Assembly: GCA_963675245.1 (NCBI GenBank)
Contig: OY775910.1
Coordinates: 752,801-776,800, forward strand
Length of the DNA stretch: 24,000 bases
Source: Acholeplasmataceae bacterium
Lineage (GTDB): Bacteria; Bacillota_I; Bacilli_A; Acholeplasmatales; Acholeplasmataceae
Direction: 5' to 3'
Position 1 is the first letter of the stretch. Each line of letters starts with the position of its first letter. Position numbers and translations under genes: made by a program. Shown piece by piece: positions 22,830 through 24,000 of this stretch. The notes under the pieces were generated by a model. It saw only the letters and a list, made by a program, of their open reading frames with translations. It was not told the origin of the DNA and ran no database searches.

Positions 22830-22858
22830 TTGTCTAATTTTCATGAATAATATATAAT
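22830..22858 (+). promoter_or_regulatory. Cassette 5 promoter-like sequence
   Basis: TTGTCT-N17-TATAAT, followed by GTGGGGAG RBS-like sequence. Confidence 0.6.
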
Positions 22859-22882
22859 TAAATAAAAAAGTGGGGAGTATAT

Positions 22883-23188
22883 ATGACACCAGAGATGGAA
22901 AAACTTTACAACAGTCTTAGTACGGTTAAAGTTAAAAATGTTGCACAAGCATATGATTATTTAGGTAACGAAGTAAATGGGCTTGATATGGATCATAAAT
23001 TGTCGTTTGAGATGACTCTAGAAGCTTTAAAGAACGTCAATAAAGATTATAAATTATTAAAAAAATATTATAAAGGTAAAATCGATACTAATCTTGAAAG
23101 TGTTTATACTAAGTATCCAGAAGATTCAGAAGAATATTTCTTTTTAAAGTGCTTAATTAGATTGACTGAATATAATGTCACGAGATAG
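22883..23188 (+). CDS. Hypothetical small protein (101 aa), cassette 5 cargo
   Basis: ORF MTPEMEKLYNSLSTVKVKNVAQAYDYLGNE..., RBS GGGGAG upstream. Confidence 0.8.
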   Translation: MTPEMEKLYNSLSTVKVKNVAQAYDYLGNEVNGLDMDHKLSFEMTLEALKNVNKDYKLLKKYYKGKIDTNLESVYTKYPEDSEEYFFLKCLIRLTEYNVTR

Positions 23189-23207
23189 AGGGTTTGACAT
23201 TTGTGTA

Positions 23208-23228
23208 TGAAACGACTGAAAATCTTTA
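23208..23228 (+). repeat. R5: core-only junction repeat
   Basis: TATGAAACGACTGAAAATCTTTAT; shares left flank and core with R1-R4 but no tRNA T-arm, acceptor or terminator. Confidence 0.75.
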
Positions 23229-23582
23229 TATTTACTCGTAAAAGGGGAAGTTAAAATGATATTGTCTGAAAAAACAGATTTAAGTTTCTTTCACGACTCA
23301 AGAGTTGGTGAGATTAATTATAATTATGCGAGCAAATCTTTAATTTTTCACTTGTGTTTAGATAGTTCATCATCAATTAGAAGAGAAGTTGAACTCAAAG
23401 CTAACATTGTTTTTTCTGTAGAATTAAATTCGATAGAGCCTTGGGGACCAGGAATATACATAAATGAGGTCACATTAGAAGATAAAATAGAATTTAAAAG
23501 GCTATCAATAATAATAAATTCAGGAGATATATTTGTTATTGATGCAAATTTATTTGAAATAATTATTTAACATGCATGAAAC
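23229..23582 (+). mobile_element. Cassette 6 body (unit with core = 23214-23582)
   Basis: Single + strand ORF between R5 and R6. Confidence 0.55.
23256..23570 (+). CDS. Hypothetical small protein (104 aa), cassette 6 cargo
   Basis: ORF with AGGGGAAG RBS-like sequence upstream; SFFHDSRVGEINYNY...PWGPGIYINEV...INSGDIFVIDANLFEI. Confidence 0.8.
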   Translation: MILSEKTDLSFFHDSRVGEINYNYASKSLIFHLCLDSSSSIRREVELKANIVFSVELNSIEPWGPGIYINEVTLEDKIEFKRLSIIINSGDIFVIDANLFEIII

Positions 23583-23600
23583 GACTGAAAATCCTTGTGT
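23577..23600 (+). repeat. R6: core-only junction repeat
   Basis: TGAAACGACTGAAAATCCTTGTGT, then diverges to TATAATTATAATTT. Confidence 0.8.
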
Positions 23601-23655
23601 TATAATTATATAATTTAATAACAGGAACAAAAAACTAAGTAAGGAAGAAAATGTC

Positions 23656-24000
23656 ATGAAAACATTAAAGGATATTGAAATTAAGGATTTCAATGAAAGT
23701 AATCTCATTAGATTTAAAAATATAAATATTGATGAAGATACCGAAGTTTACAATGTCACCATGCATGTTTTTGTTAAGAATAATTTTCTACAATGCATAT
23801 CAGAATCATTGACTTTTCATTCTAAAGAACTGTTAACATTTTTTGATAACTGCAAAGACATTTATGATAAATTGACCGGAAACACAACTATTGAATCGAT
23901 AGAAAACAAAAAATGTATATTGACATTGAAAGCAATAAGCAAAGGATATATTGAAATATCTGGAACAATAGAGCAATTAATTGGTTCAAACAAGTGCGAA
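23656..24000 (+). CDS. Hypothetical protein, 3' truncated by window edge, cassette 7 cargo
   Basis: Open for 115 codons to the window end: MKTLKDIEIKDFNESNLIRFKNINIDEDTEVYNVTMHVFVKNNFLQCISESLTFHSKELLTFFDNCKDIYDKL...; not in the supplied ORF track because there is no stop. Confidence 0.7.
   Translation, partial: MKTLKDIEIKDFNESNLIRFKNINIDEDTEVYNVTMHVFVKNNFLQCISESLTFHSKELLTFFDNCKDIYDKLTGNTTIESIENKKCILTLKAISKGYIEISGTIEQLIGSNKCE

Larger units (their letters stand above)
22795..23213 (+). mobile_element. Cassette 5 body (unit with its repeat = 22707-23213)
   Basis: Single + strand ORF between R4 and R5. Confidence 0.65.

Noticed and set aside
20630-22889. Minus-strand ORFs containing 'VAPGRIELPTQGFSVVSS' / 'MAYLRSPWLLRAELNCRHKDF' (20630-20818, 21872-22099, 22640-22825, 22689-22889) and plus-strand ORFs 20640-20828 and 21246-21428 running through the repeats
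   Set aside because: These are translations of the repeated tRNA-Phe 3' half, well-known spurious ORFs over tRNA sequence, not a protein family.
19887-23600. CRISPR array
   Set aside because: Repeats are regularly spaced, but 369-764 bp apart with coding sequence between them, and they derive from tRNA-Phe; no short spacers or cas genes.

Overview
The window looks like a chromosomal segment of a low-GC Mollicutes/Firmicutes-type bacterium (taxon inferred only). From left to right it contains: the end of an Rnf electron-transport operon (rnfE partial, rnfA, an unusual short RnfB plus a 76-aa Cys-containing membrane protein), an ApbE-like lipoprotein, a NusG-domain-II-like protein, a Gx-transporter-like protein, rpmE, tdk, tadA, a small SRP RNA, a 776-aa lipoprotein, a small membrane protein, tkt, mnmG, rsmG, a DUF951-like protein, tRNA-Tyr, a complete 16S-tRNAIle-tRNAAla-23S-5S operon and an 11-tRNA cluster ending in tRNA-Phe(GAA). 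The most striking part is about 19.9-24 kb. Downstream of tRNA-Phe there is a head-to-tail array of at least seven small units. Each carries one same-strand ORF (three lipoproteins, then small cytosolic-type proteins) and most have their own promoter-like sequence. They are separated by copies of a sequence derived from the tRNA-Phe gene: the anticodon-arm-to-CCA half plus the intrinsic terminator that follows it (88 bp, 81-87/88 identical by hand alignment). The two most distal junctions keep only a short core (TGAAACGACTGAAAATCyTT). Every junction has the non-tRNA left flank (G/T)AAACGAC in place of the tRNA's CAAAGGAC, which is the hybrid-site signature of site-specific recombination rather than simple tRNA duplication. 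I interpret this as an integron-like, tRNA-anchored gene-cassette array. No recombinase is visible in the window and the array runs off the right edge. All comparisons were made by eye; no database search was run.
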